Notes: generated by a model from the letters alone, not told the origin. A stretch of DNA of 61,057 nucleotides from a virus (IMGVR_UViG_3300046724_000355:1-61057), one strand, 5' to 3'. Counted from the stretch's first letter, positions 40,300-49,440 are shown. Translations and numbers: made by a program.

Positions 40300-40661
40300 T
40301 GGCCCCCAAACCGACGCTCACCGACGACAACGTGCTCGAGATCGTGCGCTTGCATGAGCGCGGGTTGCATCCGGACCAGATCGCGCCGCAATTCGGCCGT
40401 GCCCCCGGCACGATCCGGTCGATCGTCACCGGCAAGTCCTACCGCCACGTGACCGGCCTCGGCCATCGAACCGGGCCGGACTGCGACTGCTATCTGTGCC
40501 TGATCGTGAAACGGGAAGAGGCGAATCTCAATGTCGCCGAATCAACTTGCTGTGCCGTGCACTGCTTGGGCTGCCAGAAGCCCATGCGACTGCTCGTGAC
40601 CACCGTGCTTCGCGACCATGGCGCCATCCGGTGCACCGCCTGTGGTGGGAGGCGCAAGTGA
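40299..40661 (+). CDS. HTH DNA-binding protein with Cys-rich C-terminus
   Basis: LTDDNVLEI..QIAPQFGRAPGTIRSIVTGKSY; CxxC pairs. Confidence 0.7.
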   Translation: MAPKPTLTDDNVLEIVRLHERGLHPDQIAPQFGRAPGTIRSIVTGKSYRHVTGLGHRTGPDCDCYLCLIVKREEANLNVAESTCCAVHCLGCQKPMRLLVTTVLRDHGAIRCTACGGRRK

Positions 40662-41206
40662 CCGAGTGGATCCACAAAGCCGCCTGTCGCCAGCATGAGA
40701 CCCCGAACTGGTGGACACCGCTGAATTCTGATGATCCGGCCACCGAGGCGCTTCGCATCTGCCACAAGGAATGCCCAGTCCGGTTGGCGTGCGCCGAATG
40801 GGCATTGCGAAGCGGTGAACGGGACGTAGTGGCCGGCGGTTACCGCACCTGGGACGAAGAAGACCTGGAGAAGCTGAGCAAGGAACTGCCGCATATCGCG
40901 GCTCAGGTCAAGCGAGCAAAGCGCCGATCTTTTGTCTGCGCGGATTGCGGTGAAACGTTCCAGACCACCAGGCCATCGACGAGGTGTTCCCCGTGTCGGC
41001 AGGGTCTCGTACCGGCTGGCCCAGTGCGGGAGAGCCTGCTCATGCTGCGGAAGCTGATGTCGACCGACGAGATCGGCGCAAGCACGGGGGTGGCACCGAC
41101 CACGCTGTCGGGGATCGTGAGCAAGTCGAACCCGCCGAAGTGGGTGAAGGCCGTTACCGCACAGCGGGTTATGGCGTTCAGGGTCGCGATGGAGGTTTCG
41201 GCATGA
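40658..41206 (+). CDS. whiB: WhiB-family regulator fused to zinc ribbon and HTH
   Basis: W..AAC..IC..CPVR..C..AL..VAGG; CADC..CSPC; EIGASTGVAPTTLSGI. Confidence 0.85.
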   Translation: MTEWIHKAACRQHETPNWWTPLNSDDPATEALRICHKECPVRLACAEWALRSGERDVVAGGYRTWDEEDLEKLSKELPHIAAQVKRAKRRSFVCADCGETFQTTRPSTRCSPCRQGLVPAGPVRESLLMLRKLMSTDEIGASTGVAPTTLSGIVSKSNPPKWVKAVTAQRVMAFRVAMEVSA

Positions 41207-41379
41207 CGCGTCGCGTTATCGCCGACGCCGACGTGTGGCGCGGCGTTGACGGCTACTCGGAGCTCGTCATCAGCCGCGCCCTCGACGGCCGCATCCACAT
41301 CACCGTGAACGGCACCACGGCCTCGTTCGGTGCTCAGGCTCAGGCCGAGATCGCCGCATTCATCGCGGGAGGGGAATGA
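41203..41379 (+). CDS. Hypothetical protein
   Basis: ATGA coupling. Confidence 0.6.
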   Translation: MTRRVIADADVWRGVDGYSELVISRALDGRIHITVNGTTASFGAQAQAEIAAFIAGGE

Positions 41380-41537
41380 ACGACATCTGCGACCACTGCG
41401 ACCTCGACCGCGAGATCTGCTCCTGCTCAGCGGCTTCGGTGTCTCTGGCGAAGCGCCGGCACCTGTTCCCCACCTGCCTGCCCCACTACTTGCGCGACCA
41501 GTACGACCCGCGCGACTTCATGAAGGAGACCTGGTGA
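41376..41537 (+). CDS. Small Cys-rich protein
   Basis: CDHC..CPTC; coupled on both sides. Confidence 0.6.
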   Translation: MNDICDHCDLDREICSCSAASVSLAKRRHLFPTCLPHYLRDQYDPRDFMKETW

Positions 41538-42352
41538 CCGCGATATTGGAGCCGCCCACCGTGCCGGGCATCTATGGCGGAATTTCCGACGCGACCTATC
41601 ACGGCGACCGAAACAGCCTGTCGTCCACGGGCATGCGGACGCTGCTCGAAGACGGCGGCCCGGCCCGGTTCAAGGCTGCGGTTCCCGTGTTCTCTGACGA
41701 GTTCGATGAAGGCACCGCTGCCCATTCGCTGCTGCTGGGCGCCGGCCCGGAGGTCGTGGAGGTCAAGACCGAGACATGGACACCGAAAGCCAAGGCTGAG
41801 CGTGAGAATGCCCGCGCCAAGGGGCAGGTCGCGTTGAAGACCAAGCAGTTCCGGATGGTCCATGACATGGCAAAGGCTGCCCGCGAGGTGCCTGAGGTCG
41901 CCGAGCTGCTGGCGTTGCCCGGCCAAGCGGAGATGTCGGCGTACGCCATGGACCCGCAGCAGTGGGTGATGCTGCGTGCCCGCTTTGACTGGCTGGTCCT
42001 GACTGGAGACCGGGCATTGGTCCTGGACTACAAGACCACCAAGAGTGCCAGCCGACGATCGTTCGAGCGGTCAGGCGCGGACTACGGGTACCACATCCAG
42101 GACGTCGCGTATCGGCGCGTGCTGCGTGAGCTGGGTATCGAGGTGGACCAGTTCGTGTTCCTCGCCCAAGAGAAGACCCCGCCGTATCTGACATCGCTGC
42201 ACGAGTGGGATGCCGCAGCCCTGGCCGAGGCCGAGCGGCGAGTGGACGACGCGATCGCCCTCTATGCGCGGTGTCGCGATCTCGATCAATGGCCCGGCTA
42301 CGGCAGCCACATCAACCAAATGAGCTTGCCCTCTTGGGCATTCGGGGAGTGA
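41534..42352 (+). CDS. RecE-like PD-(D/E)XK exonuclease (DUF3799 type)
   Basis: LSSTG, GTAAH, RARFDW, LDYKT, YHIQ..Y, EKTPPY, WPGY. Confidence 0.9.
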   Translation: MTAILEPPTVPGIYGGISDATYHGDRNSLSSTGMRTLLEDGGPARFKAAVPVFSDEFDEGTAAHSLLLGAGPEVVEVKTETWTPKAKAERENARAKGQVALKTKQFRMVHDMAKAAREVPEVAELLALPGQAEMSAYAMDPQQWVMLRARFDWLVLTGDRALVLDYKTTKSASRRSFERSGADYGYHIQDVAYRRVLRELGIEVDQFVFLAQEKTPPYLTSLHEWDAAALAEAERRVDDAIALYARCRDLDQWPGYGSHINQMSLPSWAFGE

Positions 42353-42354
42353 GC

Positions 42355-42909
42355 ATGGCAGACAAGAAGTTCGACACCGGCGACTATGTCGAGGTCGCTG
42401 AGCGGATCCGCGAGTTCCGGCAGCAGTACCCGAACGGCTCACTGCGTCCGGTGGATCCGGCGAACCCGTATCGCGTCGAGACGATCGGCGACAAGACATT
42501 CATCGTGTACGCGGCTGCGGCCTACCGGACCCCGGAAGACGCCCAGCCCGGTATCGGGACGGCGTGGGAATCGTTCCCCGGCAAGACCAACTTCACCCGC
42601 GACTCCGAGCTGATGAACGCGGAGACCTCGGCGTGGGGCCGCGCGATCGTCGCGGCCTTGGCCGCCGATACCAAGCGCGGTGTCGCCTCGGCAGACGAGA
42701 TCCGTGCCCGCACTACGGTCGCCGCAGCGAATCTCCCGCCTGCCGACTTCGCCCGTACGGAGCTGTTGCGCCTGCTGAACGTGCGCGGAATCGACGCGAA
42801 GGCGGTTGCCTCCGAGTTCGCGAAGGCCAACAACGGCGACGATCTCCGGACCTCCAACAACCATGCGGCGATCCAGGCACTGACAGACCGTTATCGGGAG
42901 ACTGCATGA
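42355..42909 (+). CDS. Putative single-strand annealing protein (Rad52/Sak-like)
   Basis: DYVEVAERI..YPNG..NAETSAWGRAI; follows exonuclease. Confidence 0.7.
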   Translation: MADKKFDTGDYVEVAERIREFRQQYPNGSLRPVDPANPYRVETIGDKTFIVYAAAAYRTPEDAQPGIGTAWESFPGKTNFTRDSELMNAETSAWGRAIVAALAADTKRGVASADEIRARTTVAAANLPPADFARTELLRLLNVRGIDAKAVASEFAKANNGDDLRTSNNHAAIQALTDRYRETA

Positions 42910-43256
42910 CCGACTACAACCCGGTGAGCATTGAACAGGCTATCCGCGACTGCGCCAACAGGATCGCCAAGGGCGTCTCTATCTGCAGTGAGCGATACAA
43001 GGAATACCAGGATGCGGAGCGCGAGTTCGTCGAGGCGTACGCCCACGCACGCCTCAATGCCCCCGGCCCACAGTTGGAGAAGCGCTACCACGCGGACGCG
43101 GAAACGATCGGGCTGCGTGAGCGGCGCGATGTCGCGAAGGCCGCGTACAAGCACGCCGAGGGGCTGGCCCAAGCCTTACGAGACGAATTGCGCGCTCTGC
43201 AATCCGTCGGAGCATCTCTTCGGCAGGCATACGGCGTAGCGGGGAGGGGCGAATGA
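42906..43256 (+). CDS. Hypothetical helical protein
   Basis: ATGA coupling; LQSVGASLRQAY. Confidence 0.75.
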   Translation: MTDYNPVSIEQAIRDCANRIAKGVSICSERYKEYQDAEREFVEAYAHARLNAPGPQLEKRYHADAETIGLRERRDVAKAAYKHAEGLAQALRDELRALQSVGASLRQAYGVAGRGE

Positions 43257-43696
43257 CGGTGCACCCGACTCCCCTGAACCTGGCGAAAGACGTTGCCCGG
43301 CAGGCATGGCCCAAACGTCAACCGAGGCGACCCAAACCGGCGAGCGAGTTCCCGAAGAGCGTCAAGGAACTCATGTGGACCCGCTCCGGCGGCCTTTGTG
43401 AGCTCGACGGCTGCGGCCCGGTGGAGGTATTCCACCATCGCGCCCCACGAGGCCGCGGCGGTTCCTCGCTGGCATGGATCAACCGGGCCGCCAACGGGTT
43501 AGGTCTCTCGAACCGCTGCCACGACCGGGTCGAAGGCAGGCTGACGGACTCGTCGCGGGTGACCTCCTACGTCAACGGCTGGCTGGTGCGCCGCAACAGC
43601 CACACGATCGCCGCCGACGTTCACGTCCTCTACCGCGGACGTCTGGTAGCGCTCACCGACGACGGCCAGGTGCGCTCCCTCGGCGGTGCGGCATGA
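43253..43696 (+). CDS. HNH-like nuclease
   Basis: RSGGLCE..HHR..RGRGG..NGL..CH..VE. Confidence 0.7.
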   Translation: MTVHPTPLNLAKDVARQAWPKRQPRRPKPASEFPKSVKELMWTRSGGLCELDGCGPVEVFHHRAPRGRGGSSLAWINRAANGLGLSNRCHDRVEGRLTDSSRVTSYVNGWLVRRNSHTIAADVHVLYRGRLVALTDDGQVRSLGGAA

Positions 43697-43959
43697 CCCG
43701 AATCGTGAAGGCCATCCAAACCTGCTGGGCGTGCCCATCTCAATGGGACGCCTGGACCGACCGCGGCGACTACCTGTATCTCCGATTCCGCCACGGCTAC
43801 GGGACGGCGACGTGTTACGCGGGTGGCTATCCGAACAACGTCAACGAGTCTCGGCTGGTTGGCGAGTTCTCCGACCCCAACCCGTATGCGGGATCTATTG
43901 GCCTGGAGGAGTTCTGCCGACGAGCCGGTCTCGTTCTAGACCTCGGGGGTGAGGCATGA
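43693..43959 (+). CDS. Hypothetical protein
   Basis: TC.ACPSQWDAW..YLRFRHG phage motif. Confidence 0.75.
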   Translation: MTRIVKAIQTCWACPSQWDAWTDRGDYLYLRFRHGYGTATCYAGGYPNNVNESRLVGEFSDPNPYAGSIGLEEFCRRAGLVLDLGGEA

Positions 43960-44132
43960 CCCAACCAATCTGCCCCGGCTGCTGGGCCATCCTGCACCTC
44001 GGCCGGCCACCTGAACGGATCGCGGGTGCCGACGAAGAAGACTGCTGCCTCTGCGGCGACCCCACCGTGTCCGGCCTCACCGTTCACGTCGATCCCACCA
44101 CCGTGCCGTACCCGACCAAGGAGGACGCATGA
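43956..44132 (+). CDS. Small Cys-rich protein
   Basis: CPGC..CCLC; coupled on both sides. Confidence 0.6.
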   Translation: MTQPICPGCWAILHLGRPPERIAGADEEDCCLCGDPTVSGLTVHVDPTTVPYPTKEDA

Positions 44133-44884
44133 TCACAGTCGTTCATCTCCGCGGCACCATGGAACCGCTTACCCAGGGCGGCATCTCGATGACGCTCCTC
44201 GGAGCCCTCGACCCAGCGAAGTTCGCGTACGTTCTCGTTCGATATCCGGCCGACTATGGCGATCCGATCCCCTTCGGCGAATCGAACCTCATCGGCCGCA
44301 CCAACGCCATCAAGGAAATCGCCGCCGCCCCGGGGCCGGTGATGCTCACCGGCTACTCGGCTGGAAGCTTCATTGCCGGAGACCTGGCCATGGACATCGT
44401 GAACGGAATAGTCGACGGCATCGACCCGAGCAAGCTGGTCGCGGTCGCACTGCTCGCGGACCCGAAACGCCCGGAAGGTGCCGGGGTCCCGCAGATCTAC
44501 ACGCCCGGCGGCTACGGCATCGCCGGACAACGCGACATCACCGGCGTCCCAGTGTTTTGGGGCACGGCGAGCATGGACCCGATCGCCGCATTGGATGGCT
44601 CGAATCCGTTGCGGACGGTGGCTGACCTGTCGGTATTCGCGTCGATCGATCCGGACCGGTGGGAGACGTGGGCGCTGTCTATTCAGGCGACCGTCGTGAA
44701 CCGGTCGCTGCAACCGGCGTGGAAGTTCTGGCTGCAGCCGTGGATGTGGGTCGACGCCGCGCACGCCCTCGATCTGTACATCAGGTTGGGCGGGCACACC
44801 GATGACTACCTGCGCCAGGGAATCTGCACGGCGCTCGCCGAGGCAGTGACCGCGGCTGTCAGCGTCGAAGGCGGTGCGGCATGA
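44129..44884 (+). CDS. Cutinase/PE-PPE-like serine hydrolase (LysB-like)
   Basis: RGT oxyanion motif, YPA, GYSAG nucleophile elbow, ADP.R, DPI, H near C-terminus. Confidence 0.85.
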   Translation: MITVVHLRGTMEPLTQGGISMTLLGALDPAKFAYVLVRYPADYGDPIPFGESNLIGRTNAIKEIAAAPGPVMLTGYSAGSFIAGDLAMDIVNGIVDGIDPSKLVAVALLADPKRPEGAGVPQIYTPGGYGIAGQRDITGVPVFWGTASMDPIAALDGSNPLRTVADLSVFASIDPDRWETWALSIQATVVNRSLQPAWKFWLQPWMWVDAAHALDLYIRLGGHTDDYLRQGICTALAEAVTAAVSVEGGAA

Positions 44885-45033
44885 CGACATGGCTGTTTTC
44901 TATTCTCGCGATCGTCTTGAGCTGCGCCTCAATCGGCATGTCGGCGTGGACGTTCCGCATCCTCCGCCAGACGGCCCGGCTTTGGAAGCAGGCGGCCCAG
45001 ATCCAGAAGCGAAACGATGAGGCGCAGCCATGA
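44881..45033 (+). CDS. Small membrane protein, 50 aa
   Basis: MTTWLFSILAIVLSCASIGMSAW; coupled on both sides. Confidence 0.6.
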   Translation: MTTWLFSILAIVLSCASIGMSAWTFRILRQTARLWKQAAQIQKRNDEAQP

Positions 45034-45380
45034 AGTCCTACGAGGAATACGAGCAGACCGCCAAGGATGGCCGCCCGTTCTCATGCGGCACCGATTGGGA
45101 GGTGTGGCAGTACGCCGTGTGCCTCGGCAACGGTCGAGATGACCGCCGCTGCCTCAATGACGACGGCATCGACGAGGGCGAAGGCTGCCCGCTGATCCTG
45201 TTGTCCCTCAATGACAGAACGCCCGTCGAATGGCTCAGCCCAAGAGGGCATGTGATCAAGTCGTGCCGCGCGAAGACCACAGCCGCGGACGCTCGGAGAG
45301 CCGAGTGGTACGCCGCAGCCGACGCCAGGCGAGAGGCACTCGCCGCCGCCCACTACCCGATGTTCCCGGAGGTGCCTTGA
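45030..45380 (+). CDS. Hypothetical Cys-rich protein
   Basis: PFSCGTDW..C..C..GCPLI. Confidence 0.7.
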   Translation: MKSYEEYEQTAKDGRPFSCGTDWEVWQYAVCLGNGRDDRRCLNDDGIDEGEGCPLILLSLNDRTPVEWLSPRGHVIKSCRAKTTAADARRAEWYAAADARREALAAAHYPMFPEVP

Positions 45381-45847
45381 TGGGCTGTTTCGAAATCTCA
45401 GACCGTGCGGCCTTCGATATCGCCATTATCGACGCGGGTAATGCCGCGGTCGGTATGTGGGTACGCGCAGGCTCATGGGTCGCGCAATACGGCACCGACA
45501 TCCCTACGGCCGCGCTGCGGATCATGGGAACCCGCAAGGACATCGACCGCCTGGTGTCCGCAGGACTGATAGCTCCGGCTGGCCCGGACGCGTGGCGGTT
45601 GACCGAGTCACCGCTGGGGCGAGTCGTTCGCGAACAGAACCGCGCGCGTATCAGCCCCGAGGTTCGGCAGGCAGTCTTCGCGCGCGACCGCTTCCGGTGT
45701 ATCGACTGCGGTTCTGCCGATGATCTGACCCTCGATCACGTCCACCCGTGGTCGCTGGGCGGAAGCGATAAGCCGGAGAACCTCCAGACCCTGTGCCGTC
45801 CGTGCAATTCGAAGAAGGGCGCACGCATCGATCCGGAGGTGACGTGA
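45380..45847 (+). CDS. HNH endonuclease with Rep-like N-terminal domain
   Basis: VFARDRFRCIDC..LDHVHP..GG..NLQTLCRPCNSKKG. Confidence 0.88.
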   Translation: MGCFEISDRAAFDIAIIDAGNAAVGMWVRAGSWVAQYGTDIPTAALRIMGTRKDIDRLVSAGLIAPAGPDAWRLTESPLGRVVREQNRARISPEVRQAVFARDRFRCIDCGSADDLTLDHVHPWSLGGSDKPENLQTLCRPCNSKKGARIDPEVT

Positions 45848-46944
45848 TGGCTCTGGACCCGCGCGAGTTCATCCGGTTGCACGCCGGAATGCCGGAGCAC
45901 CCGAAGGTCGATCCGCTCTCGGATGCGGCATTTCGGTGCCTGATCGAGGCGTGGTGCCTGTGTCGGCGAACGCGCAACGACGGACGGATTCCTGTCGGAA
46001 CTTGGCAAAAAAAGTGGAAGGCGAAGGCACGGAAGGAGCTCATCGATGCGGGTCTCGTTGTGCTCGACAAAGATGCGGCAGTTATGCGGGACTGGCTGGA
46101 GCATCAGCCCAGTGTCGAGGACCTGGATCTGAAGCGTCAGGCACGGATAGAGGCTGGTCGGAAGGGTGGAGTGAAGTCCGGCGAGTCCCGAAGGGGAGGA
46201 AGCAAACCGGCAACCAAACCTGAAGCAAATGCTTCAGCACTTGCTTCGCCTGAGCTTGAGCAACAGCTGAAGCAAAACCCCAACCAAATCGAACCAGAGT
46301 TAGAGATAGAGAAAGAGAGTTCTTACGTTGGGGGGGTCTCTTACGTAGGCAACGCGCGCGAAATCGAACCCCCACCCCCCAGCTGCCCAAGGCATTCCGA
46401 GTTCACGAACGACTGCGCCGACTGTGTGGGTTCGAGCGTCGGCCGCGAGCAGTGGCTGCGCGACCGGATCGCTGCGACCGAGCCGCCGCGCTACTGCCCA
46501 CGCCATCCCACCGGCACGGACATCCCGTGCCGCGATTGCCAGGCGCTGCGCCTGCTTCACGAGCAGTGGCGGCAGGACCGGGAGGGAGCGCTCGCGGAGC
46601 GCCGCCGCGCTGATGCCGCCGCGCAGTCAGCGGCAGCGCGATCTACCGCCGAGGACCGCGCCCGCGCCATCGAGAACTGCACGATGTGCGACGCCGAGGG
46701 CCGCATCGACGGCTGGGTGTGTGGCCATGACCCGGCCCGCATGCCGAAGCCGGGCCGGGGTGCCGCGGCGGTTCGGCTCGCCCGGTGCCGCATGTGCGAC
46801 GCGGACGGGCTCCAGCCGGATGGTGCTCGCTGCGATCACAGCAGTCCCTCACCCGACCCGCCTCCGTCCGCGAGCGTGCCGACTGGCCGGTCGGAACAGG
46901 CATCCCAAGATCAGCCCACCACCCAGGAGAACGCCCATGCTTGA
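45847..46944 (+). CDS. Putative replication initiator
   Basis: EHPKV..LSDAAFR..NDGRIP; AGRKGG; C-terminal CPRH/CxxC clusters; internal repeats. Confidence 0.7.
   Translation: MALDPREFIRLHAGMPEHPKVDPLSDAAFRCLIEAWCLCRRTRNDGRIPVGTWQKKWKAKARKELIDAGLVVLDKDAAVMRDWLEHQPSVEDLDLKRQARIEAGRKGGVKSGESRRGGSKPATKPEANASALASPELEQQLKQNPNQIEPELEIEKESSYVGGVSYVGNAREIEPPPPSCPRHSEFTNDCADCVGSSVGREQWLRDRIAATEPPRYCPRHPTGTDIPCRDCQALRLLHEQWRQDREGALAERRRADAAAQSAAARSTAEDRARAIENCTMCDAEGRIDGWVCGHDPARMPKPGRGAAAVRLARCRMCDADGLQPDGARCDHSSPSPDPPPSASVPTGRSEQASQDQPTTQENAHA
46199..46300. repeat. Iteron-like repeats inside rep (putative origin)
   Basis: GAAGCAAA at 46199, 46222, 46269; palindrome CTGAAGCAAATGCTTCAG; A-rich. Confidence 0.55.
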
Positions 46945-47248
46945 ACCCCAGCGGTACCGCAAGCGCCCCGTCGTCATCGAGGCGATGCAGTGGACCGGCG
47001 ACAACGCCGACGCCATCACGGCGTGGTACGTCAGCGATTTCACCGACCACGAGTTCAGCACTCTCGATCCCGAAGACGCGACAGACAACCCGGTCGCCAC
47101 CGCGCAAATCTGGGTGGCCGCGAATGGCGTGTACGCGCCGATCGAAACCGGCGAGTGGATCATCCGCGACAGCCGCGGCTATTACCCGTGCAAGGCCGAT
47201 GTCTTCGCTCAGACCTACGAGCTGGTGGACGAGGAATCCCATGCTTGA
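46937..47248 (+). CDS. Conserved phage protein
   Basis: YRKRPVVIEAMQW..GEWII..YPCKADVF..TYE. Confidence 0.85.
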   Translation: MLEPQRYRKRPVVIEAMQWTGDNADAITAWYVSDFTDHEFSTLDPEDATDNPVATAQIWVAANGVYAPIETGEWIIRDSRGYYPCKADVFAQTYELVDEESHA

Positions 47249-47573
47249 GATCGCCGTCTACGGCCGCCCCGGTTGTCAGCAGTGCACCGCCACAACCCGT
47301 CACCTCACACGCCTCGGTTTGCCCTATGCCTACCGCGATGTCACCGCGGATCCGTTGTGGTCGGACACCGTCACCGCGCTCGGCTATCAGTCGCTGCCGG
47401 TGGTCACGGTAGGTGATCTGCATTGGTCCGGGTACCGGCATTCCCGGGTCCAGCGCCTGGGTGAGATCCACGCTGCCGCTGCGGATATCGCGGCCCTTGA
47501 GCCTGCGGCGGTGGCATATCTGCTCGCCGACGACGACAGTCCCACCACCCAGGAGAACGAGATCCATGCCTGA
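47241..47573 (+). CDS. nrdH: NrdH-like glutaredoxin
   Basis: PGCQQC..T, LGY.SLPVV, WSGYR. Confidence 0.88.
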   Translation: MLEIAVYGRPGCQQCTATTRHLTRLGLPYAYRDVTADPLWSDTVTALGYQSLPVVTVGDLHWSGYRHSRVQRLGEIHAAAADIAALEPAAVAYLLADDDSPTTQENEIHA

Positions 47574-47964
47574 CGATCGCAATTGCAAACCCGATGATCC
47601 GTGCCTGCCATGCCGGGCCGACTCCGACACCTACGCCAGTCCCGCAGGCGATGACCGCGTCGCCCTGGAGCGGATCGCACGGGATGTCCTGATCGACGGC
47701 GAGTTCCATTCCCCGGCTACGACGATGCTCGGTCTTGTCGATGCCGTCCTCGAGAACGGCTGGAGTCCTCCCGCCCGGGTTATCGAGTCCGCCGAGGACC
47801 TCGAGGCGCTCCCGGACCGCACGGTCATCCGTACCGGCTACGACACCGCAGCCCAGAAGTCTGATGACGTGTGGGAGTTCCCGAACGAGGTCGGCCAGTT
47901 CACGAGCGAAGCCGTCGACCTGCCCGCCACGGTGCTATGGCAGCCCGAGGTGTCCAATGCCTGA
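47566..47964 (+). CDS. Hypothetical protein
   Basis: ARVIES.EDLEALP..LPATVLW motif. Confidence 0.75.
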   Translation: MPDDRNCKPDDPCLPCRADSDTYASPAGDDRVALERIARDVLIDGEFHSPATTMLGLVDAVLENGWSPPARVIESAEDLEALPDRTVIRTGYDTAAQKSDDVWEFPNEVGQFTSEAVDLPATVLWQPEVSNA

Positions 47965-48502
47965 CCGAGACCTCAGCGCCGAACAGCTCTCCGCGTTCCG
48001 GGCTCATGTGCAGGCCGCTCACGATGAGGTAGAAAGCGGCGTCATTCTCGGCCCGGCATGGCAAGCCCATGCGGCCTACACCGGCAACCCGGCCACTGTG
48101 CTGGAGCTGCTCGACGAACTGGAGCAATTCCGATCCGGCGCGCGGATGAACGTCTACGTCGCCGAAGAGCTGATGACTCGGCACCGCCGGACCGCCGAGC
48201 TGGAGCAGCAGGCGGCCGACCAGACGCTCATGGACCCCAAGCAGTTCGGGGCGATGGTCGCGGCCCTGGACACGGCGGACGCCGCACCGGGGTTGGCCGC
48301 CGTAGTGGCCAAGCGTGCACCGGTCGGGTACATCACCGCCTACCGCACTCCCGAGGGCGAATGGCTGGTCGAGTTCGACGGCGCCCCCTGGCCCACACCC
48401 AAGGCTGCACGCGAAGACCTGTTGGACGCGATCGATCACTGCCTGCCCGGTCTGACGTGCCGCACCCTCACCATTTACGACGAGGAGATTTGGGATGTCT
48501 GA
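47957..48502 (+). CDS. Ead/Ea22-like protein
   Basis: NPATVLELLDELE motif. Confidence 0.65.
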   Translation: MPDRDLSAEQLSAFRAHVQAAHDEVESGVILGPAWQAHAAYTGNPATVLELLDELEQFRSGARMNVYVAEELMTRHRRTAELEQQAADQTLMDPKQFGAMVAALDTADAAPGLAAVVAKRAPVGYITAYRTPEGEWLVEFDGAPWPTPKAAREDLLDAIDHCLPGLTCRTLTIYDEEIWDV

Positions 48503-48986
48503 CCGAAACCTCATCGCCGAACTCCGGCGCCTCGCAGTTGCCACATTGGACGAGACGTACGCCCCGGGGTGGCCGTATGGCGGCGGCGGCCCGCCGGTGT
48601 GGTCGGGGTGCATCGACGGCTTGCTCGGCGGCGCGGCTGGAGCTTATTGCGCCGCAGTGAATCCCGAGGTTCTGTTCGGGCTGCTCGACGAGCTGGAGCA
48701 GTTGGAGACCGGCACTCAGGAGATCGTTGACTCCCGCCTGGATTCCGAGGTGTCCACTGCGACAGCGGAACTCCAGCAGGAGCTGGAGCAGGCCCGCGCC
48801 CGCATCACCGAGTTGGAGGCTCCGCAGGCTGATCATGCCGGATATGTGGTACTCCACGGCGACTTGAACCGGGACGACCTGGAGCTTGTGGACAAGCGAG
48901 TGTTCTCCGACCTCGAAATCGCGGGCGATCGGGCCGAATTCGGCGGCAGCGTGTACGAGCTGCGGGAGGTGACCGACCATGCATGA
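48495..48986 (+). CDS. Ead/Ea22-like protein
   Basis: AAVNPEVLFGLLDELE; ARARITELE coil. Confidence 0.65.
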   Translation: MSDRNLIAELRRLAVATLDETYAPGWPYGGGGPPVWSGCIDGLLGGAAGAYCAAVNPEVLFGLLDELEQLETGTQEIVDSRLDSEVSTATAELQQELEQARARITELEAPQADHAGYVVLHGDLNRDDLELVDKRVFSDLEIAGDRAEFGGSVYELREVTDHA

Positions 48987-49440
48987 CCGAGAAGATCTGG
49001 CGCGATTGCTAGCTGAGCAGCTCTACGACCGCGGCGAGTACGTCCCCGACTGGCCCGAGGACGAGAAGACGCTGCACCGCGACCACACAGCGTGGACTGA
49101 CTTCGCGGATCGGGAGACCAAGGTACAGGCGCTGCGATTCCAGAAGGCTGCGGACGCGGTCCTCCGTGAGTTCCTGGTGGTGCCGCGCAGCGACATCACC
49201 GACCCGATCGCCGCTGAACTCCTGCCGGTGCCGGTGGGTTTCGTTGTCCTCGCCAAGCGGCCGGATCGCCACGAGAAGGACGCGTTCCGCTACGAGGTGG
49301 CCGGATCCATCTGGCCGACCCGCGAGCCCGTAGAGAACCACCAGGCGTACTGCGAGGGCACTGCGGCGGCCGACCCTGAGCGGTACCGGGGCGTCGAGTA
49401 CGTCACCGGCGAAGTCCGGGAGGTGCCCGATGGCCCCTGA
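48979..49440 (+). CDS. Hypothetical protein
   Basis: GGAGG RBS; overlapping chain. Confidence 0.75.
   Translation: MHDREDLARLLAEQLYDRGEYVPDWPEDEKTLHRDHTAWTDFADRETKVQALRFQKAADAVLREFLVVPRSDITDPIAAELLPVPVGFVVLAKRPDRHEKDAFRYEVAGSIWPTREPVENHQAYCEGTAAADPERYRGVEYVTGEVREVPDGP

Noticed and set aside
43690-44884. C-terminal GGAA endings of early proteins as degrons
   Set aside because: Explained by the overlapping RBS and ATGA start of the next gene
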